Part shown: positions 42,038-50,926 of the stretch, in pieces
Layout: each line of letters begins with the position of its first letter
Numbering within the stretch: position 1 is the first letter of the stretch
NCBI GenBank assembly: GCA_040767965.1
Contig: JAXGNR010000004.1
Span: 736,001-800,000 of the forward strand
Source of the DNA: Atribacterota bacterium
Lineage (GTDB): Bacteria > Atribacterota > Phoenicimicrobiia > Phoenicimicrobiales > Stramentimicrobiaceae
Direction: 5' to 3'
Length of the DNA: 64,000 nt
Translations under genes and position numbers: made by a program
The notes under the pieces: model-generated
Database searches by the model: none
Told to the model about the DNA's origin: nothing
What the model saw: the letters and a program-made list of their open reading frames with translations, nothing else

Positions 42038-42573
42038 CGATTTAACCACCATAATATTCCAATTAAAGTTTTGGCATCTCTTATTTTATTGTTATTTAAT
42101 AGTGTAACAATATTTTTTTTATTATATTCTTTTACTTTAATAAATTCATCATGATCTGTGTTGGTTGCTGTTTTCTTTAAATCCCGGGCAAAAAATAAAC
42201 TTAATTTTTCATTACAAAAACCTGGAGCTGAGTAAAAATCATAAATTTTTTCCCAATTTTGTGCCTGGTACCCAGTTTCTTCTTCCAATTCTCGTTTGGC
42301 ACAATTAATTATCTTTTCTTGAGGTTCTAGTGTTCCTGCAGGTAGTTCTAATAATATATTTTCGATTGGCTTTCTAAACTGTTTTATCATAATAACGGTA
42401 TCAGGGCATTTTTGTGCTATTATAACAACCGCACCAGGGTGTTCAATTATTTCCCGATATGACTTTTCTCCATTAGGAAGAACAACTTCATCTTTTCTAA
42501 GGTTAACCACTTTCCCGCTATAAATTATTTCAGATTTCATTGTCTTTTCTGTTAATTTATCTAAATTATACAT
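42034..42573 (-). CDS. nudF: ADP-ribose pyrophosphatase (Nudix)
   Basis: REIIEHPGAV, ELPAG...AKRELEEETG, SAPGF, DAKT. Confidence 0.92.
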   Translation of the reverse strand: MYNLDKLTEKTMKSEIIYSGKVVNLRKDEVVLPNGEKSYREIIEHPGAVVIIAQKCPDTVIMIKQFRKPIENILLELPAGTLEPQEKIINCAKRELEEETGYQAQNWEKIYDFYSAPGFCNEKLSLFFARDLKKTATNTDHDEFIKVKEYNKKNIVTLLNNNKIRDAKTLIGILWWLNR

Positions 42574-43117
42574 ATTGTTTTTGAATTATTATTTTTTCTC
42601 CTCTTTCTATTGCTTTTTTGTTTAATTCGACTATTTTAGTTGATTTTATTCCAAGAGTATCCTCTAATGCTCTAAATATTGTTTCAATTTTGATACTTTT
42701 TCTTATTGCTATATAAGCACCGAGAACAACCATGTTTGCTACTTTTAAATTTCCCAGTTCATTAGCAATTTTGTTAGCTGGAATCTTGAATGCTTTTATG
42801 TCATTACGTATAGCCCCTTGGGGAATTAATGATTCATTTATTATTATTGTACCATTTTTTTCTACTTCTGATTCAAATTTGTCTAAAGATGGCTTATTCA
42901 TGGCAATTAAAGTCATTGGGTTAGGAATTACAGGTGATGCTACTTCATCAGAAGATATAATAACAGTACAATTTGCAGTTCCTCCACGCATTTCCGGCCC
43001 ATAAGAAGGCATCCAGGCAACATTTTTACCTTCTAACATTCCAGCATAAGCAATAAGACGTCCCATTAGAAGTACCCCTTGCCCACCAAAACCAGCAATT
43101 ACAATCTCGTCTAACAT
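42566..43117 (-). CDS. 2-oxoacid:ferredoxin oxidoreductase gamma subunit
   Basis: AGFGGQG, PSYGPEMRGG, NMVVLGA. Confidence 0.93.
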   Translation of the reverse strand: MLDEIVIAGFGGQGVLLMGRLIAYAGMLEGKNVAWMPSYGPEMRGGTANCTVIISSDEVASPVIPNPMTLIAMNKPSLDKFESEVEKNGTIIINESLIPQGAIRNDIKAFKIPANKIANELGNLKVANMVVLGAYIAIRKSIKIETIFRALEDTLGIKSTKIVELNKKAIERGEKIIIQKQYV

Positions 43118-43864
43118 TTATAATACCTCCTCAGGTTTTTTAAAATCTCCTAACGGGTAATATGGTATCATTTTTTCATCAAGCCATTGGTTAGCCTCTT
43201 TTGGGCTCAGCCCCCAATTTGTAGGACATGTAGAAAGAACTTCTACCAACGAAAATCCTTTACCATCTATTTGGCATTGGAAAGCTTTTTTGATTGCCTT
43301 TTTAGCTTTAATTATATAAGCAGGCTTGGTTAAAGCTACTCTTGAAATATAAACAGGAGATTTCAAGGTGGATAGTAGTTCACATATCCTGATTGGCATT
43401 CCCATGGTTTTAGGATCACGGCCATAAGGTGATGTTTGAGTGATTTGTCCTTCTAATGTTGTTGGAGCCATTTGGCCACCGGTCATTCCATAAATAGCAT
43501 TATTTACAAAAATTACTGTTATTTTTTCACCCCGATTTGCAGCATGGACAATTTCAGCAGTACCAATTGAAGCTAGGTCGCCATCACCCTGATATGAGAA
43601 AACAATGTTGTCAGGTTTAGCTCTTTTTATTCCTGTTGCAACAGCTGGTGCCCTACCGTGTGCTGCAACAATCATATCGCAATCAAAAAATAAATATGCA
43701 AATACTGAACATCCAACCGGGGCAACACCAATAGTATCTTCTCTTATTTTTAATTCGTCTATTACCTCAGCAATTAATCTATGAATTATCCCGTGATGAC
43801 ATCCAGGACAATAAGTAAAAGGTATATCAGTTAATGTTTTAGGCCTTGAAAATACCTTTATCAT
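43118..43864 (-). CDS. 2-oxoacid:ferredoxin oxidoreductase beta (TPP-binding) subunit
   Basis: [19 protein letters not shown]...NN, MTGGQ, CPTNWG. Confidence 0.93.
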   Translation of the reverse strand: MIKVFSRPKTLTDIPFTYCPGCHHGIIHRLIAEVIDELKIREDTIGVAPVGCSVFAYLFFDCDMIVAAHGRAPAVATGIKRAKPDNIVFSYQGDGDLASIGTAEIVHAANRGEKITVIFVNNAIYGMTGGQMAPTTLEGQITQTSPYGRDPKTMGMPIRICELLSTLKSPVYISRVALTKPAYIIKAKKAIKKAFQCQIDGKGFSLVEVLSTCPTNWGLSPKEANQWLDEKMIPYYPLGDFKKPEEVL

Positions 43865-43915
43865 AAAATTTTCTCACCTCCTAATATTTTTTACTTTAAT
43901 CTATTCTTTTATTAT

Positions 43916-44971
43916 TTAATATTTAAGTATTTTTTTAATCTCTGCTAATATTTCTTTTGGTGAAATCAAAACACCTCCACTTCTACCATAAAATGTAATT
44001 TTTGTTTTACCTTCTACAGACAGTCTTACATCTTCGATCATCTGTCCCAGACTCATTTCAACTACCAGTATATTCTTCACAATCTCAGCATATTTTTTTA
44101 CAACTTTAGAAGGAAATGGGTATAGTGTGACTGGCCTTATCATTCCTATATTGATTCCTTCTTGTTTTGCTTTTTGGATAGCAGTTTTAACAACCCTGGC
44201 TACTGTCCCATATGCTACAATAATTATATCCGGATCATCCATGTTTACCAATTCGTATTCCACTTCACTTTGTATTTTTTCAAACTTATTGCCAATTCTG
44301 TTAACAATTTTTTCCATTTCATATGGATCTAAATTAAATGGAACAATCTTTCTGGGATCTCTATCTTTGCAAACACCTAAAGCCCAGTCTTTTTTAGAAG
44401 ATATTTTAGGTATCTCTTTTTTAAACTCAACTGGCTCCATCATTTGTCCTAAAAGTCCATCACCTAAAATCATTACAGGATTTCTATATTTATCTGCTAA
44501 ATCGAAGGCTTTGATTGTTAAGTCAACCATTTCTTGTACTGAAGATGGGGCCAGCACTATTAAATGATAATCACCGTGTCCTCCACCTTTAGTAGCTTGA
44601 AAATAATCTCCCTGTGCAGGCTGAATTGATCCTAACCCTGGTCCCCCTCTCATCATATTTGCAATAACACATGGCAATTCAGCACAGGCAATATAGGAAA
44701 TACCTTCTTGTTTTAGACTAATTCCCGGGCTGGACGAAGAAGTCATTACTCTTTCACCAGCAGCTGCTGTACCATAAACCATATTTATTGCAGCAATTTC
44801 ACTTTCTGCCTGGACAAAACCAGCACCTTTAATTTTAAGTAATCTTTTAGCCATATAGGCAGCTATTTCGCTTTGCGGAGTTATCGGATATCCAAAATAA
44901 AAATGGCAACCGGCATGAATAGCCGCTTCGGCAATTGCTTCATTGCCTTTCATTAATAATTTTTCTACCAT
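43916..44971 (-). CDS. vorB: 2-oxoacid:ferredoxin oxidoreductase alpha subunit (2-ketoisovalerate/VOR-type)
   Basis: KGNEA, GYPITPQSE, ESEIAA, SSSPG, RGGPGLG. Confidence 0.9.
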   Translation of the reverse strand: MVEKLLMKGNEAIAEAAIHAGCHFYFGYPITPQSEIAAYMAKRLLKIKGAGFVQAESEIAAINMVYGTAAAGERVMTSSSSPGISLKQEGISYIACAELPCVIANMMRGGPGLGSIQPAQGDYFQATKGGGHGDYHLIVLAPSSVQEMVDLTIKAFDLADKYRNPVMILGDGLLGQMMEPVEFKKEIPKISSKKDWALGVCKDRDPRKIVPFNLDPYEMEKIVNRIGNKFEKIQSEVEYELVNMDDPDIIIVAYGTVARVVKTAIQKAKQEGINIGMIRPVTLYPFPSKVVKKYAEIVKNILVVEMSLGQMIEDVRLSVEGKTKITFYGRSGGVLISPKEILAEIKKILKY

Positions 44972-45007
44972 TTATTTTCCTCCTTTTGAGGTGTGAAACA
45001 GTAATTC

Positions 45008-45211
45008 TTATTTATAAACTTCAATTGCTACATCTGGACAAGTCATTGCACAAAAACCGCATCCGGTACATTTTTCTGGATTTATCTGTTCTGCTGGATG
45101 ATAGCTTTTTTTATTAAAGGCTTCAGACATTATTAAAATATGTTGAGGGCATATTAATGTACATAACTCACAACCCTTACATCTTTCCCGGTCAATTAAT
45201 ATTTTTGACAT
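45008..45211 (-). CDS. 2x[4Fe-4S] ferredoxin, delta subunit
   Basis: CKGCELCTLICP and CTGCGFCAMTCP. Confidence 0.92.
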   Translation of the reverse strand: MSKILIDRERCKGCELCTLICPQHILIMSEAFNKKSYHPAEQINPEKCTGCGFCAMTCPDVAIEVYK

Positions 45212-45245
45212 AAATACCTCCTTGCCATATATTATTTAAAAATCC

Positions 45246-45938
45246 TTAATTTGTTTTGTTCCATGGTAATTCCATAAATTTTTTAATAATCAATAATTCA
45301 GTAAAATTATTATTTTTTAAGAATTGATTATCTTTAATTATTTGAAAGATGGATTGCTCAATAACTAAATAAGTAACTGGTAAATAAAGTTTTTTTGATA
45401 CTTCTTTTACCAGCTCATGACCTCTTATAATCAAATTTAAATCTGTTTTTAAACCTAAATTAGGATTACTTATCAATCTATTTACTTTTAAACGGGAAGA
45501 AATTTCAATTTCTTCTAACATTTTTTTAATTTCATTAAAACTTCCAGTAAAAGGGCGGTATGGATTTATAACCATGAACATCTGGTAATTTAAATCCTTT
45601 AAATATGGATAAAAGCTTGCTAAAGATCTGGCTCCTACATCATCCCCTCCTACATCAAGTATTAATACTCTGCCCGAATCTTGAATTATTCCTTTTATTT
45701 CTGGAGAAATTAAAGGAATATCAGCTAGAGCAAGTGTGCCTGGAGGTGCAATAACTTTGATGCCATTTTTTTTTAATATTTCTCTCATTTCTCTTGATCG
45801 AAAATAAGGATTCACAATATCTAAATCTACAATTACAGCATGATTCTTAATTTTTGCTTCTTTTAAGGAATAATTAATTGCTATTTCTGTTTTCCCACTT
45901 CCAAAACTGCCAGTGAAAATAATTATTTTATCATTCAA
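45246..45938 (-). CDS. P-loop NTPase (MinD/CobQ-like) associated with vor operons
   Basis: GSFGSGKTE, DLDIVNPYFRSR, DVGGDDVG; likely TTG start overlapping the buk stop. Confidence 0.8.
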   Translation of the reverse strand: MNDKIIIFTGSFGSGKTEIAINYSLKEAKIKNHAVIVDLDIVNPYFRSREMREILKKNGIKVIAPPGTLALADIPLISPEIKGIIQDSGRVLILDVGGDDVGARSLASFYPYLKDLNYQMFMVINPYRPFTGSFNEIKKMLEEIEISSRLKVNRLISNPNLGLKTDLNLIIRGHELVKEVSKKLYLPVTYLVIEQSIFQIIKDNQFLKNNNFTELLIIKKFMELPWNKTN

Positions 45939-47026
45939 TATATTTCCCCTTTTTCCATCCCTGATAGCACTCTCAATGCGCCTTGACACAAGGAAAGCAT
46001 TTCTTCTTCTCCCGGATAGACCATAACTAATGAAATAAAACTAATTCTATCTTTTATTAATTCAATAAAGGCGTTGGAGTGAGAAATCCCACCAGTTAAG
46101 ATTATTGCATCTACATTACCTTTTAAAACAGTTGCACCCTGTCCGATTTCTTTTGCAATTTGATATGCCATTGCTTCAATTATTAATTTTGCGTTTAAAT
46201 CTCCCTGGCAAACCCTTTCCATTATATCTTTGACGTTGTTAGTGTTTAAATAAGCAACCAAACCACCCTTCCCTGTAATTAAGGACATTATCTGGCTTTT
46301 ATTATATTTACCTGAAAAACACAATTCTACTAAATCTCCTGCCGGTACAGTTCCGCTTCGTTCTGGGGAAAATGGTCCTTCTCCGCTTAAACCATTGTTA
46401 ACATCAATAACTCTCCCTTTTGAATGAATCCCAACAGATATCCCTCCTCCCATATGTACTACTATCAAATTTAATTGATAATACTTTTTCCCCAAATCTT
46501 TAGAGGCTTTACGGGCAACTGCCTTCTGATTTAAGGCATGAAATATGCTTTTTCTGGGTAACTGGGGAATACCCGATATACGAGCAATATCATCCATTTC
46601 GTCGACGGCAACCGGATCAACGATATATGCCGGAACAGAAATATTTTTAGCAATGTGATCTGCCAAAACAGCTCCTAAATTAGAGGCATGCTGGCCATAT
46701 TTTCCTTCCTTCAAGTGGATCAGCATCTTTTTATTTACCAGGTAAGTTCCACTTTCGAGGGGTCTCAACAGTCCCCCTCTGCCAACAACTGCATCAATGC
46801 AGTATTGGTCAATTTTCTGTTTCTTTAATAATCTCAATATAATCTCTAATCTAAATTCATATTGATCTATAATATATTTAAAGGAAGAAATAGATTTGCT
46901 AGAATGGAAAATAGTTTCCTGAAATAAAGATATTTCATTTTTAAAAAGTGAAACTTTTGTGGAAGTTGAGCCAGGATTAATAACTAAAATATGAAAAATA
47001 TTTTTCAGAAATATACCTCCAGACAT
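45935..47026 (-). CDS. buk: Butyrate/branched-chain carboxylate kinase (copy 2)
   Basis: INPGSTSTK, GRGG, HASNLG, HALNQK, HMGGG, PFSPERSG, PGEEEM. Confidence 0.94.
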   Translation of the reverse strand: MSGGIFLKNIFHILVINPGSTSTKVSLFKNEISLFQETIFHSSKSISSFKYIIDQYEFRLEIILRLLKKQKIDQYCIDAVVGRGGLLRPLESGTYLVNKKMLIHLKEGKYGQHASNLGAVLADHIAKNISVPAYIVDPVAVDEMDDIARISGIPQLPRKSIFHALNQKAVARKASKDLGKKYYQLNLIVVHMGGGISVGIHSKGRVIDVNNGLSGEGPFSPERSGTVPAGDLVELCFSGKYNKSQIMSLITGKGGLVAYLNTNNVKDIMERVCQGDLNAKLIIEAMAYQIAKEIGQGATVLKGNVDAIILTGGISHSNAFIELIKDRISFISLVMVYPGEEEMLSLCQGALRVLSGMEKGEIY

Positions 47027-47045
47027 TTTTACAATTCAGTTATTG

Positions 47046-47948
47046 TTAATAAATTGTCATCAATATTCCTAATGCTATTGAACGTACTTTTGCTAGCGCG
47101 GTATCAGATCGTGAAACTAATATTACCGGAGATGCTGTACCCAGCAATACCCCTGCTGGTTCTGCATCAGCTAAATAAACCAGGCTCTTTGCAAGAATAT
47201 TTCCAGATTCGATGTCGGGAACCAGGACTGCATCGATTTCTCCACTTATGCTAGAATTAATACCTTTATGCATAGCTGCCTTCCTGGATACAGCGTTATC
47301 AAATGCCAGAGGTCCATCTACTATAGCACCTGTAATCTGACCTCTTTGGGCCATTTTAGATAAGCAGGCAGCATCAATTGTTGCTTGCATATTTGGATTT
47401 ACCATTTCTAAAGCTGCCAGAGCTGCTATTTTTGGTTGCTTAATTTCTAATGATTGACAAAACTCAATAACATTTTGCATAATCTGTGCTTTTTGTTCTA
47501 ATGTTGGAGCAATGTTCATGGCAGCATCGGTAATAGTAAGAAGTTTGTTATATTTTTTTAAACTTAAAGTATAAGCATGACTTAGTAATCTTTTTGTTCT
47601 TAAACCAATTTCCTTGCTTAAAACTGCTTTTAAAATTTGAGCTGTTCCCAGCATTCCTTTCATTAATAATTCTGCCTGTTTTTCTCTGACTAATTTTACC
47701 GCAGTATTGGCCGCATCAGAATCATTCGCTGTATCAATTACTTCATATTTTAAAAGATCAATATTCAATTTTCTGCCTATATTAATAATTTTTTCTTTAT
47801 CTCCAACTAAAATAGAATTAATCATACCTTTTTGTCTGGCTTGTTCTAAGGCAAACATTACATCTATAGAATCCGGTTTTGCTACAGCAATGGTTTTAGG
47901 TCCTAACTGGCAGGCTCTTTCAACAATTTCATCATATGTTTTTAACAT
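47046..47948 (-). CDS. ptb: Phosphate butyryltransferase
   Basis: LMKG, LLSH, TDAAMN, DGPLAFDNA, PDIESGN, SRSD. Confidence 0.92.
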   Translation of the reverse strand: MLKTYDEIVERACQLGPKTIAVAKPDSIDVMFALEQARQKGMINSILVGDKEKIINIGRKLNIDLLKYEVIDTANDSDAANTAVKLVREKQAELLMKGMLGTAQILKAVLSKEIGLRTKRLLSHAYTLSLKKYNKLLTITDAAMNIAPTLEQKAQIMQNVIEFCQSLEIKQPKIAALAALEMVNPNMQATIDAACLSKMAQRGQITGAIVDGPLAFDNAVSRKAAMHKGINSSISGEIDAVLVPDIESGNILAKSLVYLADAEPAGVLLGTASPVILVSRSDTALAKVRSIALGILMTIY

Positions 47949-47979
47949 TGATATCTCCTAATCCATGTAATATATATAA

Positions 47980-49080
47980 TTAGTTCTGATACTCTTTTGC
48001 ATTTTCCTCACCTGTTAAAACCCTGATAGCACCTTGGGCTAAGGCTATCATCTCCTGACTGCCAGGATATACAATAATCGGGGCAATGAATTCTACCCTT
48101 TCTTTTATCCAATTAACAAATGTTTTTCCCATGGCACCTTTATCACCTGCCCCATTTCCTGTAACAACTATATAATCAACTTTTCCTTTAAGAACTGTAG
48201 CCATTTCACCAATATTTTTAGCAATCTGATAAGCCATTGCCTGATATATTAATTCAGCTTTTTTATCTCCTTCAGCAATGGCTTTTTCAACTTCTAATGT
48301 ATTGTTTGTGCCAAGATATGCTACCAATCCACCATTGCCCATGATTTTTTTCTGCATTTCATTTAAAGTGTATTTACCTGAGTAGCACATGTCAATTATC
48401 GGTTTTACCGGGAGAGTGCCAGTACGTTCTGGCGAGAAGGGACCTTCACTGCTGGCATTGTTTACATCAATCATTTTTCCCTGTCTATGAGCGCTAACAG
48501 TAATTCCTCCGCCCAAATGCACCACAATTAGATTCAAGAAATTATATGGTTTACCAACTTCTTTAGCAAGCCTTTTAGCTGCAGCTTTTACACTAAGAGC
48601 ATGTGATAAACTTTCTCTTTCAATTTCTGGCAAGCCAGAAATTCTTGCAACGGGATCTAGTTCGTCAACTGCTACCGGATCAACAATAAAGGATGGAACA
48701 TTAATCTTTTGTGCTAAGTCATAAGCTATTATTGCGCCTAAATTAGAAGCATGTTCTAAACGAGGTGTTCCGCTTAACTCATCCAGCATTATTTTATTAA
48801 TTTTATAAGTGCCGCTCTTGATTGGTTTAAGTATGCCGCCCCTGCCGACAATGGCACTAAAAAAATCCAAATCGATGCCCTCATTTTTTAAAATATGAAT
48901 GATAACGTTCTCTCTAAATTGATTTTGATCAATAACTTTTTTATATTTTTTTAATTCATCAGCACTATGTCGAACTATTTTATATAATAATTCTTTTTCA
49001 TTTTCATAAACCGCTATTGCGGTTGATGTAGAACCAGGATTAATGACTAATACGTTATAACTAATCTTTTTATCATTCAA
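47980..49080 (-). CDS. buk: Butyrate/branched-chain carboxylate kinase (copy 1)
   Basis: INPGSTST, GRGG, HASNLG, HLGGG, PFSPERTG; true start likely TTG 49080 after SD GAGGTG, because the listed ORF extension overlaps the sigma54 promoter. Confidence 0.93.
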   Translation of the reverse strand: MNDKKISYNVLVINPGSTSTAIAVYENEKELLYKIVRHSADELKKYKKVIDQNQFRENVIIHILKNEGIDLDFFSAIVGRGGILKPIKSGTYKINKIMLDELSGTPRLEHASNLGAIIAYDLAQKINVPSFIVDPVAVDELDPVARISGLPEIERESLSHALSVKAAAKRLAKEVGKPYNFLNLIVVHLGGGITVSAHRQGKMIDVNNASSEGPFSPERTGTLPVKPIIDMCYSGKYTLNEMQKKIMGNGGLVAYLGTNNTLEVEKAIAEGDKKAELIYQAMAYQIAKNIGEMATVLKGKVDYIVVTGNGAGDKGAMGKTFVNWIKERVEFIAPIIVYPGSQEMIALAQGAIRVLTGEENAKEYQN

Positions 49081-49124
49081 AATATCCACCTCAAATACAT
49101 TATAAGCTTTTAATATATATTTAA

Positions 49125-49140
49125 AGCAAATCACATGCCA
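49125..49140 (-). promoter_or_regulatory. Sigma54 (-24/-12) promoter of the buk-ptb-buk-vor operon
   Basis: TGGCATGTGATTTGCT = GG-N10-GC consensus, next to a sigma54 activator gene. Confidence 0.85.
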
Positions 49141-49328
49141 TAGCATATCAATACCTAAAATAAATTAAATATATTTAAATATATTTAAAAGTATTTATAC
49201 TTAAATAATCAATAAATCTAATGGATAAAAGTATGTTAAAAAAATATTTGAAATAATTTTCGTAAATATTAATTTGAAAGAAAGGTTTGTTGGTTGGCTT
49301 TATCTTGGTATTCGATTTTGAATATTCA

Positions 49329-49371
49329 AGCATAAATATGCATATTTATGCAATAAATTGCATTGAATGCA
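49329..49371. promoter_or_regulatory. Putative upstream activator sequences (TGCA array)
   Basis: (A/T)GCA at 49329, 49339, 49349, 49359, 49368; includes the perfect 22-bp palindrome GCATAAATATGCATATTTATGC. Confidence 0.65.
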
Positions 49372-49456
49372 CTATATTTTATAAAAATACAAAAACAAGT
49401 TCATTTTCTTTTATTCAAAAAACATGTTTTTCTTATTTTTATTTTCGTCAGATAGT

Positions 49457-50926
49457 TTATTCTGATTGGAAATTGTATATTTTTTTAATCTCATATTTTT
49501 GCATTTTATAGTACAAAGTTCTTATGCTTATACCTAAATAAGGTGCGCTTCTTTGACAATCTCCATTAAATTTTTGCAATGCCTTTAGAATAGCATCTTT
49601 TTCTGCTTCTATTTTTAAAGAATTTAAATCTTTTTTTTCTTCTGGATAAATGTATTTTACTTTTTTTTGCAGCTCGCATTTATCTACTGTACAAATACTG
49701 CCCTCAATCAGGCTGATAAACTGGGGTATATGATTTGAATTTAGTATTTCTTCAGTGATTTTCATATTAATAATAGCTCTCTCGATAACATTTTCCAACT
49801 CTCTTATATTGCCCGGCCAGGAATAATTTAATAAATATTCAATAACTTCTGAGCTAGCATTTTTAATATTACGTCCAAATTCCTGATTGCATTTTCTGAT
49901 GATATTTTTAACTAAGAGGCCTAAATCTTCTTTTCTATCTCTTAATGGTGGAATAAATATTGGTATTACATATAGTCTATAATAGAGATCATCCCGAAAT
50001 TTTCCTCTTTTTACAGCTTCTTCCAAATTTATGTTAGTGGCAGAAATTATACGTACGTCAACATTTACTGGTTCATTTCCTCCAACTCTCAATATTTCTT
50101 TTTCTTGCAGGACTCTTAGCAATTTTGCCTGTAAATTCATACTCATCATCCCAATTTCATCTAAAAATATTGTACCCCGATCGGCTTCTTCAAAAAGTCC
50201 TTTTTTGCCTTTCTTATTAGCTCCGGTAAAAGCACCGCTTTCATAACCAAAAAGTTCACTTTCCAGAAGGCTTTCCGTCAATGCAGAACAATTTACCCGT
50301 ATAAATTGTTTTTCTCTTCTATTGCTGTGATTATGGATTGCATGTGCGAATAATTCCTTACCTGTGCCACTTTCGCCATACAACAAAACAGTAGCAGGCG
50401 TCATTGCTGCTTTAATTGCCTGCTCTTTAGCTATAATCATTGGTCTACTTTTTCCTATAATATCATCGAAAGTATATTTAGCTTCCAGATGGCGTACCCG
50501 TTTTCTAACATTATTTAGTTCATCAGTTAAACTTCTAATTTCTGATAAATCATGTATTACTGCCACACTGCCCTTCAATTCCCCATCTACAATCACCGGG
50601 GCAACATTTACTAAAACATCTTTTTTATTAGGGCCAACCTTCATTTTAACCCCATGAACAGACTCTTTAGTTTTTAAAACCTTTAGATGCATGCTCTCTC
50701 CTTCAGCTATATCTATGCTGGAAGATTTTCCTAATACATCTTGATCAGTTAATCCAATTAACCTGGTATAAGCCTCATTAACTATAGTATGGATACCTTT
50801 TTCATCAACAACTGATATAGCATCATCGGTAGAATTAATGATTGCTTTTAGAGTACTTAATGTTTCCTTCTGTATTTTTATTACCTGAAGAAGCTCTTTT
50901 TTTATTTTTTCTCCTTCATTTTTCAT
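49457..50926 (-). CDS. PAS-domain sigma54-dependent activator (BkdR/RocR-like)
   Basis: PAS domain, GESGTGKE, GAFTGA, FLDEIG, FRDDLYYRL, WPGNIRELEN, Fis-type HTH; likely ATG 50926 overlapping the recN end. Confidence 0.93.
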   Translation of the reverse strand: MKNEGEKIKKELLQVIKIQKETLSTLKAIINSTDDAISVVDEKGIHTIVNEAYTRLIGLTDQDVLGKSSSIDIAEGESMHLKVLKTKESVHGVKMKVGPNKKDVLVNVAPVIVDGELKGSVAVIHDLSEIRSLTDELNNVRKRVRHLEAKYTFDDIIGKSRPMIIAKEQAIKAAMTPATVLLYGESGTGKELFAHAIHNHSNRREKQFIRVNCSALTESLLESELFGYESGAFTGANKKGKKGLFEEADRGTIFLDEIGMMSMNLQAKLLRVLQEKEILRVGGNEPVNVDVRIISATNINLEEAVKRGKFRDDLYYRLYVIPIFIPPLRDRKEDLGLLVKNIIRKCNQEFGRNIKNASSEVIEYLLNYSWPGNIRELENVIERAIINMKITEEILNSNHIPQFISLIEGSICTVDKCELQKKVKYIYPEEKKDLNSLKIEAEKDAILKALQKFNGDCQRSAPYLGISIRTLYYKMQKYEIKKIYNFQSE

